Assembly: GCA_020891255.1 (NCBI GenBank)
Contig: BQFW01000008.1
Span: forward strand, 744,001-808,000
DNA length: 64,000 nt
Direction of reading: 5' to 3'
Origin: Entomortierella parvispora E1425
Taxonomy: Eukaryota > Fungi > Mortierellomycota
This document shows, one piece after another, positions 46,403 to 59,419 of this stretch (position 1 is the first letter of the stretch; each line of letters opens with the position of its first letter). A program made the position numbers and the translations under genes. A model generated the notes under the pieces. The model was not told the DNA's origin. It saw only the letters and a program-made list of their open reading frames with translations, and did not search any database.

Positions 46403-46974
46403 ACCTCGTCATCCCAATGTTCATGGGAAAAAAAAAAGAAGGAAAAGGCGGGTTGAAATGCCTCATCATCTCTCGTCAGATCGGCCCTTGAAATTAATAT
46501 TTTTTGACCACCGCGTTCTGCCGTCAAGACCACAATGAAAAAAAGAAAAAAAAATGGCTCTTGGCCCTCTTGGCCCAAGCACGTTCCACAATGAACAAAG
46601 GTCTGTGGGGGGAGAAGAGGGAATTTTCTGGGTGGACCATGCATGGGCGGAGTCAGCAAAATAATATCCCAGCTTGACAGACAAAAGGTCCTTTCAGCCG
46701 TGTTGCTCCTCGTTCTTCCCTTTCATTTGCAACTCCGTGGACAGGGGACTCTTCGGAAGGACTCTTCTTTTGGCAACAATACACTGCAACTAACGAGAAG
46801 AATGGGCGTCAATGCGACCAATGAGTCAAGTCTCTTGAATGAACGTTCACACTGAGAAAAAAAAAAAAAAAGCTGAGAGAGAAGTCGACCTTTATTTCTC
46901 TTTGCATGATGACTTCAGCAAAAAAAAAAAAAAAAAAAAAGGATTATAGTACGGCATGTTGTGAAGGACCCGCT

Positions 46975-48241
46975 TTAGACAATCTTGAGGACGATCTTTC
47001 CTCGTGCTCTTGCCGATTCGCTCTTGTCAAAAGCCGCTAGAACCGAAGGCAAAGTCAACTCGGTCACGGAGTCGATGACTGGGTCGACTTTGGCAACCTT
47101 GTCCAGTATCTCCATAACCTGCCGCAGAACCTGGCCATCGGGGGAGATAGAGACAAAATGGTATTTGGGGCCAGACTGAAGCAGCGTTGTCAGCTTCTTG
47201 CTTCCGATACCAACACCCGTCGCCAGAAAGTGAAAGGGCGTGTCAAAGGAGTTAGGTGGAGGAACTATGGAGACAAAGTTGCCATTGCTCTTCAACATTG
47301 AAGATCGCTTGGACCAGATCTAAGTAAAGTTGAAAGATGGGTTCTGCCTGTTAGCCACATGCCCTCTATCTCAAGAAGCAGACTTCTAATCTCGCAGCTT
47401 TGTGCTGTGGTGAGCTAATGCATACCTCAAGGCCTGATCCCGCTGTGTCAAGGACAATGTCAAAGTCCTGATTCTGGTACTTTTGAGTGACATCAGTAGT
47501 CTTATAGTCCACCACTTCATCCGCGCCAAGATCGAGGACCATCTGAACGTTCTTTGTGGAACAAATGCCAACCACATACGCGCCCAATCCTTTCGCCAAC
47601 TGCACCCCCGCAGTGCCTGGAAGGAAACGGATCAAAATAAAAGGAGTTGAGTAACAAGTTGGAAGCGATTGTTTTTGAAGCAAGAAAAGTAAAACCAAGT
47701 GGGGCCATGATGTTCACTCACCTGTTCCACCACTTGCGCCAACAATCAAGACCTTGTCTCCTTTCTTCATCTTGCCTCTCACAACCAGAGCGTCCCAGAC
47801 CGTGCTTGCAACTACTGGCCATGCAGCGGCTTGTTCATAAGTCCACCTTTCGGGTTTCTTGGCCAAGAAGGATTCTTCGACAACTGTGTACTCTTGGAAA
47901 GCACCAGAGACCTTGCAATCCAACATGGTCATGACCTCATCTCCAATGTTGAACTTTGGACTCGATCCTAATTGACCAGTTTTGGGACCCAGAGCGACAA
48001 TAGTGCCCGCGGCGTCCCAGCCAGGAACTTTAATCTTGGGCATGAAGTGCCAGGGGACTCCGCCTCTCATCAACGTCCAGTCGATGGGGTTCACGGAGGA
48101 GGCATGGACTTTGATCAGGACTTGAGTACCACTCGGGGTGGGCACAGGTGCAGATTCGTTGAACTTTAGTTGTTCCTGACGGTTCTTGTTTGGGCAGGTC
48201 CACTGAATGGACTTCATTGTTGCAGGGAGGGAGGGAGACAT
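46975..48241 (-). CDS. MDR-superfamily NADPH oxidoreductase (zinc-independent, quinone reductase/RTN4IP1/YIM1-like), ~351 aa, 3 exons
   Basis: Exons 48241-47722, 47616-47426, 47319-46975. Motifs VLIKVHASSVNPIDW, PGWDAAGTIV, VLIVGASGGTGTAGVQLAK, GADEVVDY, RARGKIVL. Confidence 0.92.
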
Positions 48242-49586
48242 TGATGCTTTCTCTTTCTCTTTGTCCTGAGTATTTTCTTGAAGTGCGTTGTGGGTTGTAG
48301 AGAGAATCGAGTGAGATGATCCATCCTTTTTAAACATCTTTAAAAGATCAGGGACGATGATCGCTTTGTGTTTGTTGTTTCTAGGAACGCGTCGTCCAAA
48401 CCTCACTGCCGCTCACACGGTTAAATTTTGTTGTTTCCATGCCGTTGGACAAAACGACGCGTATCGCTCACGGGTGTTTGTTGTCTTGTCGTCATTACTC
48501 AATTTTTGTAACCAAAGAAGCGAGGCTGTGGATCGGATGGTTTATGACTTCCAGTTTCCTCCCCACCCCCTCTTCAGACTTGTCCTTCTGTGAATTGGAT
48601 TCTTGGCGAAATCTCACTGCTCCTTGCTTCGTTTTCTCTTGCGTTTACGAGATCAAGCTACAAAATTCGATCGGTACCACAACAATTCTGCCGTATGAAC
48701 TATGAGATTTCGATCAGTTCAAGTTCTCTTTCCAGTCTATGGATTGCCTAGGCTTTCAAAGAGCGAAGACATAGCATGGAATGTCCTCGCTCCTATTTCA
48801 AGACGAGGACCGTTCCAAAAACTAGCGGAGTTGGAGGACGTGGTGGTCCTTGCACTCATGCAACTTTCTCTGGCCTGGATAGACAATGATCAGTCCATGA
48901 TGCCCATTCGTACGTTTTCTTTTTTTCAGTACAGTCCTTTTTGACATAATGAAAGCGGTGTTCTGACAGAATCCAAGATAAAATAAGACTACAAGAAAGA
49001 GAGTGGTTTGCTCATGATATAAATTGTCTCCAAACTAAGAGGAGACACGTCTATGTTAGGGGGCTAGCAAGACCTTGTACCTACAGGCTTGGGGAAACAG
49101 ACAGGGCAGGAAGCGAGCGCTGATGACCCAATGTGGACGCGATTATCCTATCTCCCAAGACGTAATTATTGCGTCAATTGTGCTGAGTTTGTTCGGGCGA
49201 CTATAAAGTTTTCCTGGCTCTTCCAAAATATTGGTTTTTTTCTTCAAACACCATCAACGAAGTCCATTGTCGTCTCAGGTCCCCCAACGGTCGCGCCTTC
49301 GGGCAGCAGCCTGCGGAATGGTCCCATTGGCGAGGATGATAAATGCAATAACTCGATGAAGACTACCCTCTCTCTTTCGAGGGAGAGGGGGGCCGTAACC
49401 TCGAAGTTTTCCTCCAGTGGTACCAAAAGTCTTTCTGGAGGACAGAACAGCAGCAGGTGTGATAGCCTGTTGCCGGGTGGCCATCATTTATTATTATTAT
49501 GATCAATTGAAAAACAGCAAAGGAGTGGGCACGTTGTGGGTGCGAGTGGACGGATCGAAGAAAGAGAAAGTAGCTACGACTTTTTT

Positions 49587-49840
49587 TTACTTGTTGGCCT
49601 TCTTGGCCTCCTCCTGTTGAGCCTTCTCCTTGGCAGCAGCGGCAGCGGCGGCAGCCTTTTCAGCCTCCTGTCATAGGGGAAAGAAAAGAGAATGTGAGTC
49701 GTGGATGCAGAAAGTTGTTTCAATGCTGCACGCTAGAGGACTGATTGCTTGTTTTGCAAACAGATCTTGGTACTTACCCGCTTACGAATGTACATTTCTT
49801 CAGCGGCTCTTTCGCGTTCGTCGAGGGGTTTGCTGTTCAT
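49587..49840 (-). CDS. 47-aa IF1-like microprotein without mitochondrial presequence, 2 exons
   Basis: Exons 49840-49778, 49667-49587 (GTAAG/ACAG, phase 0) give MNSKPLDERERAAEEMYIRKR|EAEKAAAAAAAAKEKAQQEEAKKANK. ATG context CACCATCATG. Confidence 0.7.
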
Positions 49841-50336
49841 GATGGTGTGTGTTGATGGAAAGTAGAGGAAAGAGTGAGATTTGGTGTGGTAAATGGATGG
49901 GCCACGACAATCTAATGGTCTCTTTTATTGTGATCAGGTCGACATGGGAACGCTCTTCTCGAATGACCAAAAGAGGACAGAGATTCTCTCGTGTTCTTTT
50001 TTTGCCAGATTTTTTTTTTCCTTGGCACAGCGCTGCCCTTGGATCCCATGACACAATGGGACAGGACCACTGAGGATGGGGCAGGGGTGTTTGATAAAGA
50101 ATGCAGGAGACCTCGGATCTCTCCACGGAGGATGCTTCTGGTGTGCTTTGATGCGCCTCTCTGTGTTGGTCTGGATCTGTCCCGTCCTTGCTGCCGACCC
50201 AGACCAGCTGGTGCATCAGTTACATTGCAACCAGAACAGAATACATAAACAAATAAAAATTGTCGTTGGGTGAAAATAATGTGAAGGTAGCACAAGGCAA
50301 GACATTATCTATTTTCTCAGGACAGGAACAACAGGC

Positions 50337-50363
50337 GATGATGATGATGATGATGATGATGAT
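50337..50363. repeat. (GAT)9 microsatellite
   Basis: Visible in the divergent intergenic region between the IF1-like gene and the BAR-SH3 gene. Confidence 0.9.
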
Positions 50364-50893
50364 GAGGTGAGCCACGGAAATATGTCATGGACCACTGGAC
50401 GTGGTCCTGTCCACGTCTATCGAAATCTGGAAAGGAGGGATGGACGGAGCAACCTTTGGAACAAGAGAGAGGAAAGGGGAGAGGGGAGAGGACCCTGGTG
50501 GCACCACAGCTCTATTGATAGGACTGACAGCTGGTTGGCGTATCGTTTTCTCGGGTGTTGGGCTGCCTGCCTCTTTTCAAAGAACGGACGACTGTTCTCC
50601 TTTTGTTTCCTTATACCGCCCTTGGCTTCATTCCCTTCCCTTCTTCAACCTACACTCACTCATTCGCTCATTCATTCATTCAATTATCCCATTCATTCAC
50701 TCACCTCAATCTCTCGACGTGCTCATTACAACATCACTCTATACTTTTGTACCCACATACCAACGCGCTGTACCTGAGAAAGAACGACCTTACCCTCCTC
50801 ACTCGCTCACAACTACGCCTCCCCAACGAACCAACACTTTGTCCCACGTTCCAACATTCTCTCCATCGCTGAAACGATATATTCCATTGCACA

Positions 50894-53693
50894 ATGATCA
50901 AGAACATTGGCAAGTTCAAACAGGTTCGTCTTCATTCATGGACGTCGCATGAAAGAAAAAAAAAGCGTGTCTCTTGAGCATTGTTCTCCTGCTGCTCTCA
51001 ACTTTGACCAAACTCCACTAAAGTCTACTCCACGTCAACTCACCATTCTTTCGTTCTTTCTTTTGACGTTTTGGCCTTATTCAGTGGACAGGGGAAAAGA
51101 TGGGCAAGACCCAACGAACCCGCATGGACGAGGATTTCAACAGTTTGACCACTGAGACTGATAACAATCGGATAGCTCTCGAGAAGCTCAATGTAGCCTC
51201 TCAAGCCTACTTCAAGGCCATAAGTATGTCCACAGGCACTTATACATCCAGAATCTTTGGGGGACGGGGCAAAGTCTTTGGTGGATCATGCGATGCAGTG
51301 CTATGCATCACCCGTTTTTGTGTCTTGCTATCGTTTTTTTTTTTTTTTTTTTTTTTGCATGACACCACTGTGCGTCGAGTTCAGAGCGAGGGGAAGGGTA
51401 GGATGGACCTACTGACGAAGAGCATGCTGGAATACAGCAGGATCAGACAACTGGCTGGCACGCGGAGGGGAGAATGACAAACCACAGCTAGCTGTGTAGA
51501 TCGTTGATCAACTAAGGATACGAATGATGAGAGATCAGAAAATGGGCATCGAATCAAAGCAATGGCAGCATTCACCTGCTGTGCTCCCCCATGAATCAGA
51601 AACAGACAGACAAACAAACAAAGCCAGCAAAACCGACTCAAGGATGCAACGCGAAACACAAGATGGAATCGAGGAACTCCAAAGTGGATCGGCTGCCGCC
51701 TACCCCCCCTTCCTGCACTTTCCCCCAAACAACACAATTCGCAAACAGAGACAGCGGTGAGGTGGTTCAAAAAGGGGAGACTCGGATCGACTTTCGGCTG
51801 TTCTCCTTCTAGCTTTGACTAGAACCGGAAATTGCATTTGCCGCCAAATTTCCACCAGGGCTGTCTGACACGTTATTTTGAACCTTGTCTCACCGTGATT
51901 ATTCTTTTTTTTCTTTTTGCAGGTAAACGGGTTGAAGGCGATGACAAGTACAAAGGACTGGCGGTCGAGACGTTTGGTATGAGCATGTCGGCGCAAAGCT
52001 ACACCCTGCGCGAGGGATCTGCTTACAGGGAGGCACTGCACCAGATGGGAGATGCGCACCAGGCTATTGGCGCTGCTCAAGCGGAATTGGTAATGTCTGA
52101 TTCAATCCTGACTGATTGTGTCTCAGGGGGGCTGACTTTCTAACTTTTTAATATCCATTCTTGCAATTAGGTCAGTCGCTTCGGAAGTTCCTACATCGAT
52201 TGTCTAGAGAGGGCGCAAATGCAAATGAAAGACTACCAGGCATTACAAAAGAAGCTGCATTCAAGGCGTCTGGATTACGACGCAAAGCTGGCAAAGGTTC
52301 AAAAGGCCAAAAAGGAAAAGCCAGAGTGGGAGGAAGAAATGCAGGCGGCAAAGGCAAAGTACGAGGAGACACGAGAGCATGTCCTTGGGATCATGGCTGC
52401 TATTCACGAGACACAGGCAAGTGAAAAAACCAATGATTAGAAGTGAAGGCTCAAGTGAAATTCTGAGACCTGTTTCTTACGCCCACATGCCTATCTCCTA
52501 TATACCAGGATGAAAACGTTGTCAGCTTGAAGACCTATTACGATGCTCAGCTCACCTACGCCCGCAGGGTGGTAGAGATTCTGGAGGCTATCCCGGAGGG
52601 CACCTTTGATGTTTCTGCTTACGAACCAGTATCGTCACAGAGATTGTACCGACAGAGCTCGTATGAGCCAGATGAGGATCGATCAAACCACTCAGATGAT
52701 CACTCGAGCGTTCACTCTGCATCGGCTTCAGGACCAAGAGCGCGGATCCCGCTTAACAGGGCGCCGTCCTCCTCTGAATTGCGTCGTCAGCCTACTCTTC
52801 AGCGCCAACCCTCAGATTTAAGTCGATCCATGTCTCATCTGGGACCAAATACCGCTCATGTCAGGAAGCCGAGCATAGCTGGCGGAAGATCTACAGGCCA
52901 CATGCCTCCACCGCCACCAACTCTTCCCATCCGAACTTCACCTCAAAAGCAAGTGCGGGCATTGTACAACTTTGAGGCAACGGCTGATGGCGAGTTGTCG
53001 CTTCAAAAGGGAGACATTGTCAGGATTATCGAGGAAATTGATGAAGGTTGGTGGGAAGGCGAGATAGTGGATTCGAGAGGTGTTCGACACGAGGGCATGT
53101 TCCCATCCAACTATTGTGAGGAGATTCAAAGCGACACTGGGTCACCACAGAGGCAGAGTTCAGTCCATTCAAACAACTCGGACTCTGGTCGGTACGTGGA
53201 CGAGGACGAGGCAGCCTATTACGCACGCGAGTCTGAGCTGCCCATCCAGTACGACGAGCCAGAGGTATCCTTTGAGCCTGAGCCAGCGGTGCATCTTCCG
53301 GTAGCGCGCCGAGCACCACCCCCTCCTTCCAGGCATCCACATGGCATGATGTTGGAGACTCACCTTAACGGTGCCTCCTCGTTGACATCGCCCACGTCGT
53401 CCAACCCCCGGCCAACGCCTCCAACGAGCCGACCAGGGTCAGCTGCGGCACCCACCAACAGGATTGGGTCTCGCGCCCCTCCCCCTCCTCCACCTGCCCG
53501 ACGAGGGACAAGCCACGAGGCCATGAGACAGAGCACTACCTTTCCGAATGGACCCGGCACGCCGCCGCTGGCACGCCCAGCAGAGGCGCACACAGAAAGC
53601 GTGATGCGACCCTGTCGAGAGTGCAACTGTACAGACTTTACAGCGAATGTGTTTAAACGAGGATCGTGCAACAACTGCTTCCACACGCACTAG
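50894..53693 (+). CDS. Endophilin-like N-BAR + SH3 protein with Pro-rich region and C-terminal Cys/His motif, 588 aa, 5 exons
   Basis: Exons 50894-50923, 51085-51223, 51923-52089, 52171-52416, 52509-53693. MIKNIGKFKQWTGEKMG amphipathic start, BAR LQKKLHSRRLDYDAKL, SH3 VRALYNFEATADGELSLQKGDIV..GWWEG..GMFPSNY, C-terminus CRECNCTDFTANVFKRGSCNNCFHTH. Intron 4 is GC-AG. Confidence 0.9.
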
Positions 53694-53747
53694 AGACTAT
53701 AAAAACAGAGAATGAACCAAGAACAACCATAATAAAAAGAAGGCAAG

Positions 53748-54126
53748 ACGCGAAGAAGCGCGTCACGAAGACAGACCAAAGAAAAAAAAAAAAAAAAAAA
53801 AAAAGCAAAGTCAACTCGAACGATCATTGGCTGTGGAGACGCGACGGAGGCAGAGAGAGAGAGAAGGCGAGTCTTTTTTTTTGCGCCTTTTCTTCTTTGC
53901 TCCATTCTCTCCCATCCGCCTTTCTTTTGGCATCCTATCCTCCCACTTTCCATCCCCCCAAACAGACGCGAAAGACCCACGCGTCACCTGCTTCTTTGTT
54001 CTTGCCTCGTCTTCTGTCTTGCTTGCCTCGGGATCAGCATCATCCTTCTTGTCCTTCACTCCTTTTTTTGTTCACCTTGTAATGACTCACTCTGGATCGC
54101 GAACCGCGGAGACTGGAGATGCGCGT
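53748..54126. promoter_or_regulatory. Cluster of MCB/SCB-like CGCG cores upstream of the APSES gene
   Basis: ACGCGAA 53748, GCGCGT 53758, ACGCGAAA 53966, ACGCGT 53979, TCGCGAA 54097, GCGCGT 54121. Confidence 0.4.
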
Positions 54127-54208
54127 CTTGTTTATTTGTGTGTGATCTCTCATTCGTGTCTTCTTTTTTATTTTTTATTTTTGTAATTGCCCATAGATCT
54201 CGCCAACG

Positions 54209-54262
54209 ATGGATCAGCAGCAACAGTACCAGGCGTACCTGCAGCAGCAGAGGCAGCAGCAG

Positions 54263-54306
<44 letters not shown>

Positions 54307-57300
54307 GCAACACCACCAACAGCAGCAGCAGTATCAACAATATCAACAGCACCAACAGCAACAGCAACAGCAGCACCAGCTTCAGCAATTGCACATGCAA
54401 CAACAGCATGCAAGACAACAGCAACAGCACCAACAACATCCACAGCATCCACAACATGCACCATCTCGGTATGGTCACATGCCAATGTCCATTCAAATGC
54501 CCACCAATACCACGAGTCAACAACAGCAACAACAACAACACCCCATGTCTTCCCCCTATCCCACACTCAGCTCTCCCACAGCTGCCGCAACAGTGGGTCA
54601 AGGTGGATTTGTATCCATGTCTGTTACAACAGGGACACCCGCCACGCCACCAATCCAGTCTAGTATGTCGGGGTTGATGTCTGCTGCAGCGATCCCACCT
54701 ACTGCATCCACACCTTTGTCCGCAAGTGCATCTTCTACAGTGGCTCCTCCACTTCCTTCACCAGGAGCAGCACCAACTGGAGCAGTAGGAGGCCCGGGAG
54801 GAGCAGGAAGGGTCAACTTGGGCCTAAGCGCGACATCTCCAACTACTCCAGTGGCACCGCAGGCTTTCAAGACACCCACTGCAGTCTTGTTGCAGCAACA
54901 GAGACAAAAACAGTTGCAATTACAACAACAGCTCCAGCTCCAGCAGCAGCAGCAGTTGCAAAAGCAACAACAACAGCAACAGCAACAGCAGCAACAGCAG
55001 CAACAACTTCAGCAACAAAGCCAAGTAAAACCAGAAAAGGTCGACACTACAGTGCCTGTCAGTCGGATCAATACCTCAGTAACGTCTCCCATTGCTATAA
55101 CGACATCGTCCGCAACTCCTACCGCCATCCCTTCTCCTACCAGTCTCAAAATGCCTTTGTCCCCTCAAGAAGGAAAGCCAACATCCTCCCAGCTGATGCG
55201 ACAGCTGGAGGAGCAAAGGAAGCAGAGAGAACAGGAGCGAAAAGCCGCAGCTGAAGCCGAGGCAGCAGCCGAGGCTGAAAAGGCCAAAGAGAAAGAGCGA
55301 CAAGAAAGATTGCAGGCTGAACAAAAGGAGATCGAGGAAAGGCAAAGGCGGCAACTTGAAGAAGAAAAGAAAAAGGCGGCAGAGGAGACTCGAAATCAGG
55401 AACCAAAGAATGCGCCGGAAGAATCAATCCCGGGACAAATGCAGCCAAGGAGTGCAGACAAGGAAGAAGGCAGGGATCCAGGGGAGGCGAACGAAGGCCA
55501 GCCATCCCAGCCCACTCCTCTTCCACATCAGAGTCCTCAGCAACAACAGGGGCAGCAATCCGCGCCACCTCGACCCGTTGAGTCTCCTTCTGGACAATCC
55601 TATTCACAGCAATCGCGTCCTCAATCTTCATCTCAGAGTCAACCTTCTGGAGTATCGCCTCAATCGCAAGATCGCGCTCGGCCACAAGATCCATCTTCAC
55701 AGCAGCAATCGCCATCACACGACACACCGGGACCCTATAATCAACAGTCACCATTGCAATCCCGACAAGGACCTCAATACCCATCATCACAACAATATCA
55801 GCGTCCTTCCCTGCAAGCAGCGTATTCCCAAAAACAGAGCCCTCATTCAACATATCAGCAGTCGTCGCCTGCGAGCAATGCTTCATCCACTTTTAACCAG
55901 CCCGGCCCAGCCACTGGAACTCATCACTCACCATCAGGCGCAGCAGGAACATCTTCCTCAATGGGACCCCCAGCTGATCGAGCGCCAGTCCAAGGACCCT
56001 CAACAGTGACAGCGACCGACTCAATTTCTGATAGCCCATCATCAAAAAAGGAGGGATCATTAGACAAGAGTAATGATACGAAAAAGGAGCCGCCTTCTGG
56101 TAGATCAGCACCGTCAGAGCCCATTGGACCTAGTCAGATATTCAAGGCGACATACTCGGGTGTTCCTGTATATGAAATGATTTGCAAAGGAGTTGCAGTG
56201 ATGAGGCGTCGTTCGGATTCTTATTTGAACGCGACCCAAATCCTAAAGGTGGCCGAATTTGACAAGCCGCAACGGACCCGAATCCTGGAGAGGGAGGTCC
56301 AGAGAGGCTTGCATGTAAAAGTCCAAGGTGGATACGGAAAGTACCAAGGTAAAACAGGAGCACATGTTTTTTTACATTATGGATGTATATTCGTTATACG
56401 TTCTTTTGAATTTTGGGAATTAATATCTTGAATTGTCAACAGGAACGTGGGTGCCATTCGAGCGCGGTCTTCAGCTGTGTCAGGAGTACAGTGTCGTCGA
56501 CCTACTCCAGCCTATTCTTGAGTATGAGGCAACCTCAAGCAGTCCTCCCCTGGCACCAAAGCACATTACAGCAGCGTCTAATCGACCTCGGAAACCACGG
56601 GAGCCCAGAGTGCCACGCCCTCTTAGCGGTGGCGCTGCAGGGACACCAAAATTGAAAAAGCTCAAGCTCAAAGGCTCTGACTCACATATCCAACCTAGAC
56701 CTGCGTTGGGAGTTGTTGACGAGAACGGTCAGCCAGTCGAGGGAGACACTGATGTAGCTGATGAGCAGGTTGATGAGGCTGATGTGGACATGACAGCTTC
56801 TGACATGGACGAGTTGGCAGGTACGTTATATGCCTTTCTTTTGTTGTTTGCGCCATGGGACTTGAAGACCAAATATTGACTTTTTGCCTTCCATTAATGT
56901 CAAGTAGAAGACAGCGACGTCAGCATGGATGAGACCACAAGTATTTCTCAGCCAAGTCGCACCCATACCGAATCACCCTCCGTTTCCCGCTTGAACTCGC
57001 CTTCAGACCTGTCGGAGGAGGAGGCCTATTCGTCCGCCAATTCCAACGTTTCCCCAGCGACCTCCGGCTCCAAATCCACTCGGAACAAATCCCCTCGCGC
57101 TTTACGGAAGAGAGTCGCTCGACCAGGGGACGAGTTGTTTTTGGGTAATGAGGGCCGTCGAAAGAAACGTGGTCGTAGAGCTACTGACGACCAGGATGTG
57201 GAAATGGCAGAGCCCGATGTCGAGGATGGCACTAGAGAGAGCAACAGAGGTTCGACATCTCCGACACGCGATGGATCCGATCAGGAAGACCGTAAATCAA

Positions 57301-59195
57301 CTTCGTCTTCCGCGACAGCTGCAGGATCGACTGCAGCGGCTACATCTGTCGAGTTGCCGACCCGTGGGCCCCAGGCGAATACGCTTCTGGAGTACTTTGT
57401 CTCGGATGCCATGACACTCCCCAAGATTTTGACTCAGCCACCCCCCGAGATGGATTTCAACATTGTGATTGACGACGAAGGACATACAGCGTTGCACTGG
57501 GCCGCCGCCATGGCCAAGATTGATGTTATCCAACTCTTGATTCAGCATGGCGCCGATACTTTCCGAGTAAACCTGGACGGTCAAACGGCGTTGATGCGAA
57601 GTGTGTTGTTTAGTAACAATTTCGATCAAAAATCATTCCCGGCCCTTCTGGAGATGCTTCAAAAGACAATTTTTACGATCGACAAGGACGAGCAGACAGT
57701 CTTTCATCATATTGTCAACACGGCTGGTCAACGTGGCAAGATCCATGCCGCACGATACTACTTGGAGTGTTTGCTGGAAAAGCTGATGCCCCACCCTTCC
57801 GAGCTGGCGTCAATTATTAATGTTCAGGACCATGTCGGAGACACGGCACTGACCATCGCTGCGAGACTGACAGTAGGAGGCAAGAAAGTCGTCAAGCTGT
57901 TGGTGGATTCAGGCGCGGATATGAAAATTCAGAACCGTCAAGGAAAGAATGCAGAGGACTACTTGTTGGAGCAACAGAGCGCCATGGCAGAGAGCATGAA
58001 CGCGCCCCCTTCATCCTCAGCGGTAATGACCAAGACTGGAGGCCAGAATCAACAGGGCGTAGGAAATGGTCTTCCAAGAAGATCTTCGCGGTCTCAACCA
58101 CAGGCCACGCACCCCTTATCTCACCCAGGAGGAGGTCCTCAAGGCAGAGATTCAAACGCGGCTCGTCATCCGTTCCAAAGCATCACGGGAAGAGTTCTCC
58201 CGACCGGGACTCAAATTGCTCCGCAGACTCTCTACCAGAGCCTGCAGAGTGCCAACTCCTTGCGACCAACAGCACACAAATCAACCGAAAGTCTACAGAA
58301 TGGATCCAGTACAGCGGCCCCAGCATCTGCTCTTTCGAACCAGCGAGTGGTTCCAACCGTGAGTGATCTTTTTGGTCGATTGACACATTCGTATGAAAAG
58401 GATCTTTTTGAGAAGGATCAGGATCTTCAGGAAGCCCAGAGTCTGCTGCGGGAGATCCAGATTGAGGTTCAAACGGGTCATCGGACAATTCATGAGTTGA
58501 AGGGTCAGACCGCTGGCTTGGAGAAGGTCCAGGATCAGATTCGGCATTTGGAGGGACTGGTCCGTCAGGAGATTGAAGGGCGACAGCGACTCCGGTTACA
58601 AGAGTTGGTCGAGCGGGAAGAGGAGCGGTTAAAGGCCGAGATCGCCCCTCGTATTGCGAATGGCGCCACCTTGTCGTCCACCACTCCTCCTCCTGAACCA
58701 AAAGAGCAACAAGAGCAACCATCCCATGACGGGGGCGCTAATGAGAACAAGGACCCTGACGCCATGGATGTCGACCCCGCACCACCAACGGCGCCAGTAC
58801 CCGCTTCAACCTCCACTTCTTTGATGAATGGTAGTACCCCTTCAGACTTGGAGGCAGAAGCTGCTCAGCTGAGGGCTCAACTGATCCCTCTTCAGCAACG
58901 GCGAAAAGAACTGGTGGGACAGTTGGTCGAGGCCAAGAGTCAGCATGGCAGGCGACAGCATGAGTACCAACGACTGATTGCGCTCTGCTGTAATGTCGCG
59001 ATGGATCAAGTCGATGCATTGTTGGTCCCTCTACTGGGCTCGCTTGGCCAAGATGATGCAATGGATGCTGAAGAGGCAGAGGAGGCCAAGCTAGAGGAGA
59101 AGAATAAGACAGAGACAGCCGCTACAGCCGACACTGCGGTTGATTCCGTGGCTGTGAAAGAGGACGAGGTGAAAAATGACGCGATGCTGGTCTAA
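54209..59195 (+). CDS. MBF/SBF-type APSES(KilA-N) + ankyrin cell-cycle transcription factor (Mbp1/Swi4/Res-like), ~1601 aa, 3 exons
   Basis: Exons 54209-56348, 56443-56820, 56908-59195. [53 protein letters not shown]; ankyrins [34 protein letters not shown]; C-terminal coiled coil. Confidence 0.93.
54242..55020 (+). repeat. CAG/CAA polyglutamine tracts in the APSES gene N-terminus
   Basis: Two Q-rich blocks, approximately 54242-54440 and 54890-55020. Confidence 0.9.
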
Positions 59196-59419
59196 AAAAA
59201 TAGTAAAAAATAAAAGAGAATGATCGACTGATCTTCTCTGCTCGTCATAAACAATAAAAGCCGGACCATGCCATGTCATTTTTGCAACAAACAAAAAAGA
59301 CATACTGAAAAAAAAAGATGATTTATGATCTACGAAGCGTTTGCTATAAAAATATACATGAAGAGAGGTTGCCAAAGAGGAAAAGCCTCGCTGTCCTCCC
59401 CGCGCTTGCCTTCTGCTTC

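Noticed and set aside
3623-53802. Numerous 15-30 nt poly-A/poly-T runs as retroposon tails
   Set aside because: No associated element bodies or target-site duplications; they lie in introns and intergenic DNA throughout and look like a genome-wide compositional trait.
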